Of a DNA stretch of 40,226 nucleotides, positions 28,003 through 36,751 are shown one piece after another; the stretch's first letter is position 1; each line of letters opens with the position of its first letter. Made by a program: the position numbers and the translations under genes. Origin of the DNA: an uncultured bacterium (GTDB taxonomy: Bacteria; Bacteroidota; Bacteroidia; 2-12-FULL-35-15); assembly GCA_964014945.1 (NCBI GenBank), contig CAXHCC010000002.1, forward strand, positions 1-40,226, given 5' to 3'. Below the pieces are notes generated by a model. It was not told where the DNA came from. It worked only from the letters and a program-made list of their open reading frames with translations, and searched no databases.

Positions 28003-31000
28003 TTAGTATTCTACTTTTTCCATTTTACGAACCAACACGTGCGTATCTCTGTTTACACCAACTGGTCCCCAATAGTTAAAGTGGTATGTAAATTGTCCGT
28101 AACCACCACACATCAAGTTTGGTTTTAAGTGTACCCTTGTAAAGGAGTTGTTCATACCACCTCTTCTTGGTTCACCTTTTCTACCTCTTCTTTCTTGTGA
28201 TTTTGCAATGTTATATGTTCTTTCCACTGCGTGGTACACTATACATGCTCCTTTCGGAATACGTGCACTAACACAAGCTCTGGTTACATAAGTACCGTGG
28301 TCATTATATACCTCAACATGGTCGTTATCTTTAATGCCTAGCTCAGCAGCATCTGCCTCACTTAACCAGCATGGTTCACCACCTCTTGATAGCGTTAACA
28401 TACGTAAGGTATCACCATAAGTAGAGTGGATATGCCACTTACCGTGTGGTGTTAAGCAGTTCAACATTTTTGCTTTACCATCATTTACTGTTACCCTTAA
28501 ATCGCCATAGGCTTCAGGGGTTGGTGATGGTTTGTAAGTTGATAAATGCTCACCAAAAGCAATGTAGGCATCATGATCTAAGTAGAAATGTTGTCTACCT
28601 GTTAATGTTCTCCATGGCACTAAGTAGTCTATATTATACGTATAGGCTGCATAAGTTCTACCTTCATGCATAAGTCCTGACCATAATGGAGATGAATTAT
28701 AACGTTTAGGTTGCGCTTGCAAATCACGATAGTTCATTTCTATTTGCTCATAGCCATCACCTAATCGTGCTACTTCTTCTACACCAATTTTCTTGGCCAT
28801 ATTTTCGTATGTACGTTTGGTAAGTTTACCATTGGTTAGTGTAGAAAGTTTAAGTACCGCATTAATCGCTTCGGTATCATCTTTCAACGAAGGATATTCA
28901 GTACCATCTGTTAGTTTAGAGATATGTCCTCTATCTTCTAACATTTCTTCATACACATCCTCACATTTGTAACTGTTACCGTGAGCACCCAATCCGTTTT
29001 TAGCTACACCAGTACCAAGTGAAATAAACTTGTCGTAAATTTTGGTGTAATCCCTATCAACAAACTTGATGTAGTGCATTGTTTTACCAGGCACTGGCTC
29101 ACATTCTCCTTTACTCCAGTCTTGCAAATTAGTTTGACTAATTTCATCAGCTGAATCGTGAACAAGCGGAGTATTTACTACATCCTTCATAACATGTGGT
29201 AAATACGTTTTACTCATTTCGCTCATTTTTTTAGCCAACGATTGGAAAATTTGCCAATCTGATTTTGACTCCCATACTGGAGGAATTGCTTCCGATAATG
29301 GGTGAATGAAAGAGTGCATATCTGTTGAGTTGATATCTGCTTTTTCATACCAAGAAGCTGTTGGTAATACGATATCAGAATAAAGCGCTGATGTATCCAT
29401 TCTAAAGTTTACATCTACTACTAAATCCATTTTACCTCTTGCCGCTTCTTTTTTGTAAGTGATATCTTCTACAACATCGCCTGCAACTTCATTCGCAATT
29501 TTATTACTATGCGTTCCTAAGTAATGGTCTAAGAAATACTCATGTCCTTTTGCAGAAGTTCCAATGGCATTTCCTTTCCAAATAAACCATACTCTTGGGA
29601 AGTTTATTTCTTCATCCGGCTCTACAACCGCATGCTTTAATGAGCCATCTTTTAATTGACTCACGATGTGATCACGCATGGCTTCGTCAGTTGTATGACC
29701 TGCTGCTTGCGCATCTTTTACAATTTCAAAGTTGCTTTTGTTGTATTGCGGATAGTATGGCATCCAACCGTTTCTAACAGCTTTCACTGCCCAGTCAGCT
29801 GTATGCATATTCGCTAGTTTATTATCTGGCGAAGAGTTGTAGAATTTTTGGTTACCATCATAACGCCACTGACTAGAGTTGATATAGTGCCAAATTGGAC
29901 CTTGTTGTAATCTTGGAATAGTACCCCAGTCTTTTGAACTCATTATGGTAGCCCATGAATCCATAGGTGCTAATTTTTCTTGACCCACATAGTGGTTCAT
30001 ACCACCACCATTTTTACCGTTACAACCTGTTAGCATTTGTGCCATAATAGCTGAACGATACATTAAGTTATTATGGAACCAGTGGTTAATAGCAGCACCA
30101 ACAATTACCATACATTTACCTTCTGTTTTCTCTGCTGTATCACTCCACTCTCTCGCTAATTGTATAACTGTTTCTTTACCAATACCGGTAAATATTTCTT
30201 GCCAAGCAGGTGTATAAGCTTGCTCTTTATCATTGTATGAACTTGGGTAATCGCCATCTAATCCACGACCAACACCATACTGTGCCATGGTTATATCATA
30301 GATAGTTGCAACCGCTACTTTGTTACCGTTCACATCGGTTATGTGTTTAACTGGCACACCTCTGTTCGCTTTTTTATCTAAACCAAACTCGGTAAACTGC
30401 ACTTGTAACACCTCATCGTTGTTATCTAACAAGGTTAATACCGGATCGTATTCTTTATCGGTTTCACCGTCCTCATATTTCAAGTTCCAGTTACCTTGTT
30501 TTTCATCCCAACGATGTCCCATACTTCCTTTTGGCATCGCGAAATCGCCCGATTTTTCATCCAAGCATAAGAACTTCCAATCGCCATTGCTTACATCTTT
30601 GTATTTAGCAATCTCATTAGCCCTTATCATTTTACCTGGTTGAAGTGCTCCGTCTTTTTCTTCAATTTTCACAAGGAACGGACAATCCGTATAGCGTTTT
30701 GTATAATCTATAAAGTAAGGTACTTGTCTTTTGTGGTGATATTCTTCTAATATCACATGTGTAACTGACATCCAAAAGGCACCATCAGAACCAGCGTGTA
30801 ATGGAATCCATTGATCGGCATGTTTTGTTACCATACTAAAGTCAGGCGACATTACAACCGTTTTGGTACCATTGTGTCTTGACTCCGAGAAGAAGTGAAT
30901 ATCTGGCGTTCTTGTCATACCCAAGTTAGCACCCATAGATACACAGAACTTAGAATGATACCAGTCTGCACTTTCACAAACATCTGTTTGCTCACCCCAA

Positions 31001-31644
31001 ATTTCTGGGAAGGCATTTGGTAAATCACAATACCAATCGTAGAAACTAAGGTTAATACCACCCATTAACTGAATGTATCGTGCACCAGATGCATAACTTA
31101 ACATACTTTTTGCTGGAATTGGCGCAAAGCCTGTAATCCTATCCGAACCGTATTTTTGAATGGTGTGGATATTTGCAGCGGTAATTAACTCAACTACCTC
31201 GTCCCAGTGCGCTCTTCTAAAACCACCTTTACCTCTTGCTCTTTGGTAGCGTTGTCTTTTCTTAGGATCGTTTTGCAAGTTAGCCCACGCTTTTACTGGA
31301 TCGCCACCAGCAGTTTGTTTTTCTGCTTTAAACAAATCCATTAATGCGCCACGCATCAACGGGTATTTTACCCTAATTGGGCTGTACAAATACCATGAGT
31401 AAGAAATACCTCTTTGACAACCACGTGGCTCATAAGGAGGAACCTCTTTATTGAATTGTGGGTAATCAACTTGTTGCATTTCCCATACAACAATACCATC
31501 TTTTACATGTATTGCCCAAGAGCAACCACCAGTACAGTTTACACCGTGGGTACTTCTTACAACTTTATCGTATTGCCATCTGTTACGATAAAACTCTTCC
31601 CATTTTCTGGTTTTCGGTGAAATTATATCTTCAATCCAACTCAT
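28003..31644 (-). CDS. narG: Respiratory nitrate reductase alpha subunit (Mo-bisMGD), cytoplasmic type
   Basis: 1213 aa with the N-terminal FS0 ligands [11 protein letters not shown]. There is no twin-arginine signal. narH follows directly. Confidence 0.95.
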   Translation of the reverse strand: MSWIEDIISPKTRKWEEFYRNRWQYDKVVRSTHGVNCTGGCSWAIHVKDGIVVWEMQQVDYPQFNKEVPPYEPRGCQRGISYSWYLYSPIRVKYPLMRGALMDLFKAEKQTAGGDPVKAWANLQNDPKKRQRYQRARGKGGFRRAHWDEVVELITAANIHTIQKYGSDRITGFAPIPAKSMLSYASGARYIQLMGGINLSFYDWYCDLPNAFPEIWGEQTDVCESADWYHSKFCVSMGANLGMTRTPDIHFFSESRHNGTKTVVMSPDFSMVTKHADQWIPLHAGSDGAFWMSVTHVILEEYHHKRQVPYFIDYTKRYTDCPFLVKIEEKDGALQPGKMIRANEIAKYKDVSNGDWKFLCLDEKSGDFAMPKGSMGHRWDEKQGNWNLKYEDGETDKEYDPVLTLLDNNDEVLQVQFTEFGLDKKANRGVPVKHITDVNGNKVAVATIYDITMAQYGVGRGLDGDYPSSYNDKEQAYTPAWQEIFTGIGKETVIQLAREWSDTAEKTEGKCMVIVGAAINHWFHNNLMYRSAIMAQMLTGCNGKNGGGMNHYVGQEKLAPMDSWATIMSSKDWGTIPRLQQGPIWHYINSSQWRYDGNQKFYNSSPDNKLANMHTADWAVKAVRNGWMPYYPQYNKSNFEIVKDAQAAGHTTDEAMRDHIVSQLKDGSLKHAVVEPDEEINFPRVWFIWKGNAIGTSAKGHEYFLDHYLGTHSNKIANEVAGDVVEDITYKKEAARGKMDLVVDVNFRMDTSALYSDIVLPTASWYEKADINSTDMHSFIHPLSEAIPPVWESKSDWQIFQSLAKKMSEMSKTYLPHVMKDVVNTPLVHDSADEISQTNLQDWSKGECEPVPGKTMHYIKFVDRDYTKIYDKFISLGTGVAKNGLGAHGNSYKCEDVYEEMLEDRGHISKLTDGTEYPSLKDDTEAINAVLKLSTLTNGKLTKRTYENMAKKIGVEEVARLGDGYEQIEMNYRDLQAQPKRYNSSPLWSGLMHEGRTYAAYTYNIDYLVPWRTLTGRQHFYLDHDAYIAFGEHLSTYKPSPTPEAYGDLRVTVNDGKAKMLNCLTPHGKWHIHSTYGDTLRMLTLSRGGEPCWLSEADAAELGIKDNDHVEVYNDHGTYVTRACVSARIPKGACIVYHAVERTYNIAKSQERRGRKGEPRRGGMNNSFTRVHLKPNLMCGGYGQFTYHFNYWGPVGVNRDTHVLVRKMEKVEY

Positions 31645-31698
31645 ATTGTTTAGTTTTAAAATTATTAGTCCGTTTATTATGAACGTGCCAGCTTACGC

Positions 31699-32535
31699 TT
31701 AGCGCGCGTATATATCATCTTTTACACTTCCTTTTTTTCTTTTATTGAATAGCAAGAAAATTATAATTGCAATTACCACAAACGCTGCAAAACCACCGGC
31801 CACAATACTTTTGCTATCTTCTTCTCCCTGTGCAGGAGCGTCTACAGCGTTGGCAAAGAAGGCCGTTAATTGGGTAATCTCTTCGTCTGTTAATGGATCA
31901 TCTTTATAAGAAGATGTCATTGCTGGAAATGGAGGAGCAGTTAATATACCTCTGATTCCTGCTTCACCCATTCGCTCATACACTTTTGTTAAATCCTTCG
32001 CTAAAGCTCCACCAGTCATTACGCCTTTTTGATCAACATTATGACATGTTAAGCAAGAAGGCCCCCCTTCAGCAAACCTTGTTGCTCCAACAAACAAGTC
32101 ACGACCCGCAGCAATAACTTCTTCTGATGCATTGGCCGGATCCAATGCTGGATCTCTTGGTTCTTCAACCACTTCTTCTGCTGCTTCATCTCCACCGCCA
32201 CTATTTGCAGCTATATAATCTATGATAGTAGCAATATCTCCATCAGAAACAGATTGAGGTGGCATTGGATAACCATACTCTTGAATAATTGCTTTTGCAT
32301 CCGCATCTTTTTGTCCAAACGCTTCCGCATTTTTCACAAAGCTTGTTATCCACTCTGCTGATCTTTTAGTGTTAACTCCTGCTAAATCAGGTCCAACTAA
32401 TTTTCCTTTTCCTACAGTATGGCAGGCACCACAATTTTGTTTAAATATTGCTTGGCCATCTTGCGCCGTTAAGCCTAAACTGCAAATGAATGCGCCGGCT
32501 GTTAAAGCTATTCGTTTTAGGTTGGTGACTTTCAC
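31699..32535 (-). CDS. Membrane-anchored di-haem c-type cytochrome (NarC-like), first gene of the reductase operon
   Basis: Signal peptide, two CxxCH motifs (CGACH, CLTCH) and a C-terminal TM helix (FAAFVVIAIIIFLLF). It has a GTG start and ends 54 nt upstream of narG. Confidence 0.8.
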   Translation of the reverse strand: MKVTNLKRIALTAGAFICSLGLTAQDGQAIFKQNCGACHTVGKGKLVGPDLAGVNTKRSAEWITSFVKNAEAFGQKDADAKAIIQEYGYPMPPQSVSDGDIATIIDYIAANSGGGDEAAEEVVEEPRDPALDPANASEEVIAAGRDLFVGATRFAEGGPSCLTCHNVDQKGVMTGGALAKDLTKVYERMGEAGIRGILTAPPFPAMTSSYKDDPLTDEEITQLTAFFANAVDAPAQGEEDSKSIVAGGFAAFVVIAIIIFLLFNKRKKGSVKDDIYAR

Positions 32536-32629
32536 GTTTCTTAGTATTTAATTAATATCTGTTGTTATTTAATTTCAGTACAAAACAGAGACCGGTGGCT
32601 TTTTCTCTTTAACAAAAGTCAATCAAACC

Positions 32630-32648
32630 AACATGTTTTTATATGATG
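32630..32648 (-). promoter_or_regulatory. Shared nar-cluster upstream motif, copy A (AACATGTTTTTATATGATG on the plus strand)
   Basis: Near-identical to 40206-40225 (one 1-nt indel) and 15/18 identical to 38444-38461. It lies 95-113 nt upstream of the cytochrome c start. Confidence 0.5.
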
Positions 32649-32801
32649 TACAACATAAAACGATATGATTTATCTCATATACAAAAATGACGGGTCCATT
32701 TTTGTATGTATCTAGCTCTATTTCTGCTAGTTATAAATTACGCCGCCTGTTGAATCAGGCCAAGAAAGGCGGTAATTTATATTGCTTCTAAATTGCGCTT
32801 G

Positions 32802-34646
32802 TTAAAACGTAATCTTAGCAAAAGTAGTGCGCGATGAAGCTTCGCGCGCTTGTCCAAGGGTATGAATTCCTTTTGCTTTTAGTATAGGTATTAGTTTCAA
32901 AAATATTTCTGCCGTAACAATGGCATCGCCCAGAGCTGTGTGCCTGCCCACCAACTCTATACCCAACCTACTAGCAATGTCTTCCAAATTATGTAGCTCT
33001 TGTTTTGGATGACATACGGCCGACAACAACAAGGTATCTAATACAGGGTTGGTAAATTTAACACCAGACTGTTCTTCTTTTAGTTGAATAAAGCGCATAT
33101 CAAAAGCGGCATTGTGTGCCACTAAAACAGAGCGATCTACATATTCGCTAAAATGCGGTAACACTTTATCAATGGTTAATTTATCCGTTAACATTTCAGG
33201 ATGTATTTCGTGAATTTGGATAGACTTTAAAGAGATACTTCTTTTAGGGTTTACTAACTCATCAAACATCTCTTCATGGTTGATTTTATTATTATAAACC
33301 CTAACACCTGCAATGGAAATTATTTCATGTCCGCTTGAAGGATCCAAGCCGGTTGTTTCTGTATCGAATACAACATATGAAAGTTCTTCTAGTGGAATAT
33401 CATCCAATTCGTTATGCTGAACACTCTGGTCAAAGTTTTCAGAACTGTAATGTACAGGGCGTGATTCAACATGATCGCTAACAATGTTTTCGCTAACCTG
33501 TTTATAAGCGTTTAAGGAAACCGTTAAGCTTCGGTCGTTATCATCAATTACCGTTATCTTATCTTCAAACTTACTTATACTTGATCTAAAAGGAAATGGG
33601 TCTCCATCCCATTTTAAAGCAAGCGTATAATTCTCCACTATATTCACATTCAACTCCTTCATCTTTCTTAATCTACCCCGCTCTAACACTTCCAATAATA
33701 AGTCAACAAATTGCCGCTCTTGAATATTCACCCATACGCCATTTTCTGGAGTTATATTAAAACGATTATTGGTTTTCATATTGGCGATGGATGTAAGCTC
33801 ATCCAACAAAATAAAACAATCGTTGTAAGCAATTGATTGCTGTGCCAGCTCTTCAGTAACATCTTTAAACGTAAATATATAACCCGATATAATGGTTTCG
33901 TTTGCTTTAACCGTAGGCGAAATACTAACTCTGATAAACTGTTTTTTATACCGTGTTGTAATAAAATGAAAAGTAGTTTCGGCATCTTCCTTATCAACAT
34001 TATCATGAATACGCTCAAAGATATAAGCAATGGGTGCCTTGTTAAATATGCTAAATATGGAGCGGCCTACACCTAAGCGTGCAAACCTTCCTACCTCTTC
34101 ATGTTCAACTGAATTTATTATTTCATAGGCGCTTTTATTAGCCATGGCAATTCGTGCATCTTGGTCACAAATTATCACACCTTTATCAGCCATGTTCATA
34201 AAGGTTGCCAATCTAATTTTATCTTCTTCAAACCCTTCTTTCGATTCGGTAACAATTTCTTTTACATCCGACTTTAAGGATATATAGGAGTCGGCCAAAT
34301 CATTAATTACAGTGGTAAGCTTATTGGTTTCTAAAGCACCAACAGGTTTAATTCTATACTTGGCATTGGCTAAAGTAATGAGTCTTGTTTCTTCCGTTAA
34401 CACCTCAATAGGTGAAATATAGTTTCTGAAAATGTATAGGATAAATTGCGAACTAATGAAAAACAATACCACCATTGCTAAGGTGCCGTATATAACCACT
34501 CTACCAAAAACAGCTCTACCAAATTCCCGCTCCTCTTCCGTCATATCAGTCCACATAAGTAATATGGCCAAATTAACCACTACAATAGCCCCTATTGCGG
34601 TAATAATAAAAAACAGCCAATGCTTTTGTCGGGTTGTCATTTTCAT
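32802..34646 (-). CDS. Membrane-anchored sensor protein: 2 TM, HAMP, PAS-like, then a C-terminal DnaQ-like DEDDh 3'-5' exonuclease
   Basis: Two N-terminal hydrophobic helices, a HAMP-like segment (ISPIEVLTEETRLI...NDLADSY) and a PAS-like segment ending GYIFTFKDVTEE. Exonuclease motifs are Exo I VVFDTETTGLD, Exo II LVAHNAAFDMRF and Exo III HTALGDAIVTAE. Confidence 0.8.
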   Translation of the reverse strand: MKMTTRQKHWLFFIITAIGAIVVVNLAILLMWTDMTEEEREFGRAVFGRVVIYGTLAMVVLFFISSQFILYIFRNYISPIEVLTEETRLITLANAKYRIKPVGALETNKLTTVINDLADSYISLKSDVKEIVTESKEGFEEDKIRLATFMNMADKGVIICDQDARIAMANKSAYEIINSVEHEEVGRFARLGVGRSIFSIFNKAPIAYIFERIHDNVDKEDAETTFHFITTRYKKQFIRVSISPTVKANETIISGYIFTFKDVTEELAQQSIAYNDCFILLDELTSIANMKTNNRFNITPENGVWVNIQERQFVDLLLEVLERGRLRKMKELNVNIVENYTLALKWDGDPFPFRSSISKFEDKITVIDDNDRSLTVSLNAYKQVSENIVSDHVESRPVHYSSENFDQSVQHNELDDIPLEELSYVVFDTETTGLDPSSGHEIISIAGVRVYNNKINHEEMFDELVNPKRSISLKSIQIHEIHPEMLTDKLTIDKVLPHFSEYVDRSVLVAHNAAFDMRFIQLKEEQSGVKFTNPVLDTLLLSAVCHPKQELHNLEDIASRLGIELVGRHTALGDAIVTAEIFLKLIPILKAKGIHTLGQAREASSRTTFAKITF

Positions 34647-34665
34647 AATTAACTCCTTTTTAATT

Positions 34666-36162
34666 TTATCTCATCGACCATGGTACGGGTAATTCCGTTA
34701 CCGTACTAAATACATAATCTTGTAAACGATAAATCGTTTTTAACGACTCTTTTAATTTTCTAAGTTCAATAGCACTTAACTCTTCTGTATCAACCATATG
34801 GTTGCTTGTTTCAGGTTGCGTTTCAAACGTAAACTCCAATTTAAAACGTAGTTTAAGAATAAAGTCGAATGCCACATGCACATTGTTGGCCAACACTTTT
34901 GACATGTTTCCACTTTCTAAAATTCCTTGTAAACGTTTAAGTGTACTTGTTTCTTTTATACCACTATGCAAGGCCAATAATCTAATAGCAGCATCTAAAG
35001 GTGCTGTGGCTTCTCTTCTAATATCAAACTCATCAGGCTTAACACCAAAGGCAACAAATTTCCAAGCCCATTTTTTAATTGGTGGCCTACTTGCTTGCAA
35101 AATGTTTTCAGCAAAATAGCGCAAAAAGAATTTATGCGTTTCCATACGCTCAAATAAATACGCCCACAATTCATCACTCAATTCACGCTTACCGTAAATA
35201 CATCTAAAGTCAAAATAGATAGACGCATCTAATAACTCTTTTGAGTCAGCCTTTTTAATAATAGTTTCAAAGGTCTCTTTCCAAATATCAATAGAATTGC
35301 ACAACTCCGGGTTGGTTGCCATGATGTTTCCTTTGCACAAGGGAAAACCACATTCGTGCAAGCCACTCACCACAATCTCTGCATATTCTAAAAACCACTC
35401 TTTAACAGCATCGTAATTTTCAGCTGGAACATTTTCAAAAATAATTCCATTGTCCTGATCGGTTCTAATGGTCTGCGCTTTTCTGCCTTCACTTCCCATA
35501 CCAATCCACGCAAAATTTACGGGTGGTGCGCCCTTACCTCTGCGATCCATTTCAGCTAAAGCAATTTCTTGCACCCTTTTACCAATGGCATCGTTTACTA
35601 CCGTAATAATGTTGGTTAAGGATACTGCGTTCTCCTCTTTTTCAAAATTATCCCAAATAACTTTTTTACTTTCTTTTCGGTAATAAGCAATTTGTGCAAC
35701 ACTTTCAGCACTCCTAATTTTCTTAATTATTTGGTTGGGGTAATTCACTTGTACCGATAGCCAATCTTGTTGACTCAATACCCCTATGGATTCTTTGCCG
35801 TCCATTACCAACAACAGTTTAATGTTATGCTTAAGCATATACATTAGCGCATCAAATACGGGGTGCTCTTTTTGAACGGTAATTAGGTTGGGATCCATAA
35901 TAGATACCACCTCTTCATTACCTTTTTCAGAATTGGATAGTTTTTTTATGTCTGCTCCTGAAAAATGTTTTTTTGTAACAATACCAATAGGAATGTCTTC
36001 TCTTAATACAATTAAGAAATTGATTAAGGGGTTAACCAATAAACGAGAAGCTCTCGACAAGGTACAAAAGGAATCAACTGTTTTAATTTCGTTATGCGCT
36101 AAATCGCCAACTACCCCAGTAAAGGCCAGCAAAGTACTTTGGTATGTCGACTTTAGTTCCAT
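34666..36162 (-). CDS. CBS-pair protein with DUF294-type putative nucleotidyltransferase and DUF294_C domains
   Basis: GMGSEGRKAQTIRTDQDNGIIF matches the GS-x-GR...DQDN Pol-beta-like NTase motif of DUF294. A CBS-like tandem lies upstream and a helical substrate-binding-like C-terminal region follows (FDFRCIYG). Confidence 0.75.
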   Translation of the reverse strand: MELKSTYQSTLLAFTGVVGDLAHNEIKTVDSFCTLSRASRLLVNPLINFLIVLREDIPIGIVTKKHFSGADIKKLSNSEKGNEEVVSIMDPNLITVQKEHPVFDALMYMLKHNIKLLLVMDGKESIGVLSQQDWLSVQVNYPNQIIKKIRSAESVAQIAYYRKESKKVIWDNFEKEENAVSLTNIITVVNDAIGKRVQEIALAEMDRRGKGAPPVNFAWIGMGSEGRKAQTIRTDQDNGIIFENVPAENYDAVKEWFLEYAEIVVSGLHECGFPLCKGNIMATNPELCNSIDIWKETFETIIKKADSKELLDASIYFDFRCIYGKRELSDELWAYLFERMETHKFFLRYFAENILQASRPPIKKWAWKFVAFGVKPDEFDIRREATAPLDAAIRLLALHSGIKETSTLKRLQGILESGNMSKVLANNVHVAFDFILKLRFKLEFTFETQPETSNHMVDTEELSAIELRKLKESLKTIYRLQDYVFSTVTELPVPWSMR

Positions 36163-36645
36163 TTAGTTTAGTTGCGCTTTTTTGTTTTGTTCTTCTATCA
36201 TATTGGCAACTTGCTTAATGTCTGGCTTTGCTCGCAACAACTCACCAATAACGTATTCTGATTCTTCTTGTATTTTTTTTACCAGAAAATAAATGATAAT
36301 TACATCCACCACGATGATCGTGTAAATTAACATTTCATAATTTTCAAGTGTATACAAATACACAATCCATGCAAGTGGACCAGCCATTAGCACTAGCAGC
36401 AAACCCATGTATTTATTAAATGTGGAAAATAAACGTTTTAGGGCAGGCAGTTTTTTTGCATTTTCTGATATGGATTTATTCTTGGCAAATTGTATAAATG
36501 CAATTAGTTGCTTATACCATTTTTCATAATAGGTTTTAAACTGCCCCATTGCTTCCCTTTTAGGTTTACCATCACTTATCTTACCAACCTCCTCTGGATA
36601 ACGGTTAAGAGCTGCTATTAATTCCTCTATATCTTTTTGTTCCAT
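36163..36645 (-). CDS. Hypothetical 2-TM membrane protein, first gene of the cassette
   Basis: 160-aa ORF with two adjacent hydrophobic helices (MGLLLVLMAGPLAWIVYLY, LIYTIIVVDVIIIYFLV). Its stop abuts the next start (TAAATG). Confidence 0.55.
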   Translation of the reverse strand: MEQKDIEELIAALNRYPEEVGKISDGKPKREAMGQFKTYYEKWYKQLIAFIQFAKNKSISENAKKLPALKRLFSTFNKYMGLLLVLMAGPLAWIVYLYTLENYEMLIYTIIVVDVIIIYFLVKKIQEESEYVIGELLRAKPDIKQVANMIEEQNKKAQLN

Positions 36646-36694
36646 AACAATTTAAATGTTGGTATAAAGTTAACTGGTTTAGTTTTTAAATGCG

Positions 36695-36727
36695 CAAAAA
36701 AGAGGGCTATGAAAATCATAGCCCTCT
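36695..36727 (-). terminator. Rho-independent terminator after narK
   Basis: Perfect 12-bp stem AGAGGGCTATGA/TCATAGCCCTCT at 36701-36727, followed on the minus strand by TTTTT. It begins about 25 nt after the narK stop. Confidence 0.75.
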
Positions 36728-36751
36728 AAAACACACTAACTGTTGCAAAGG

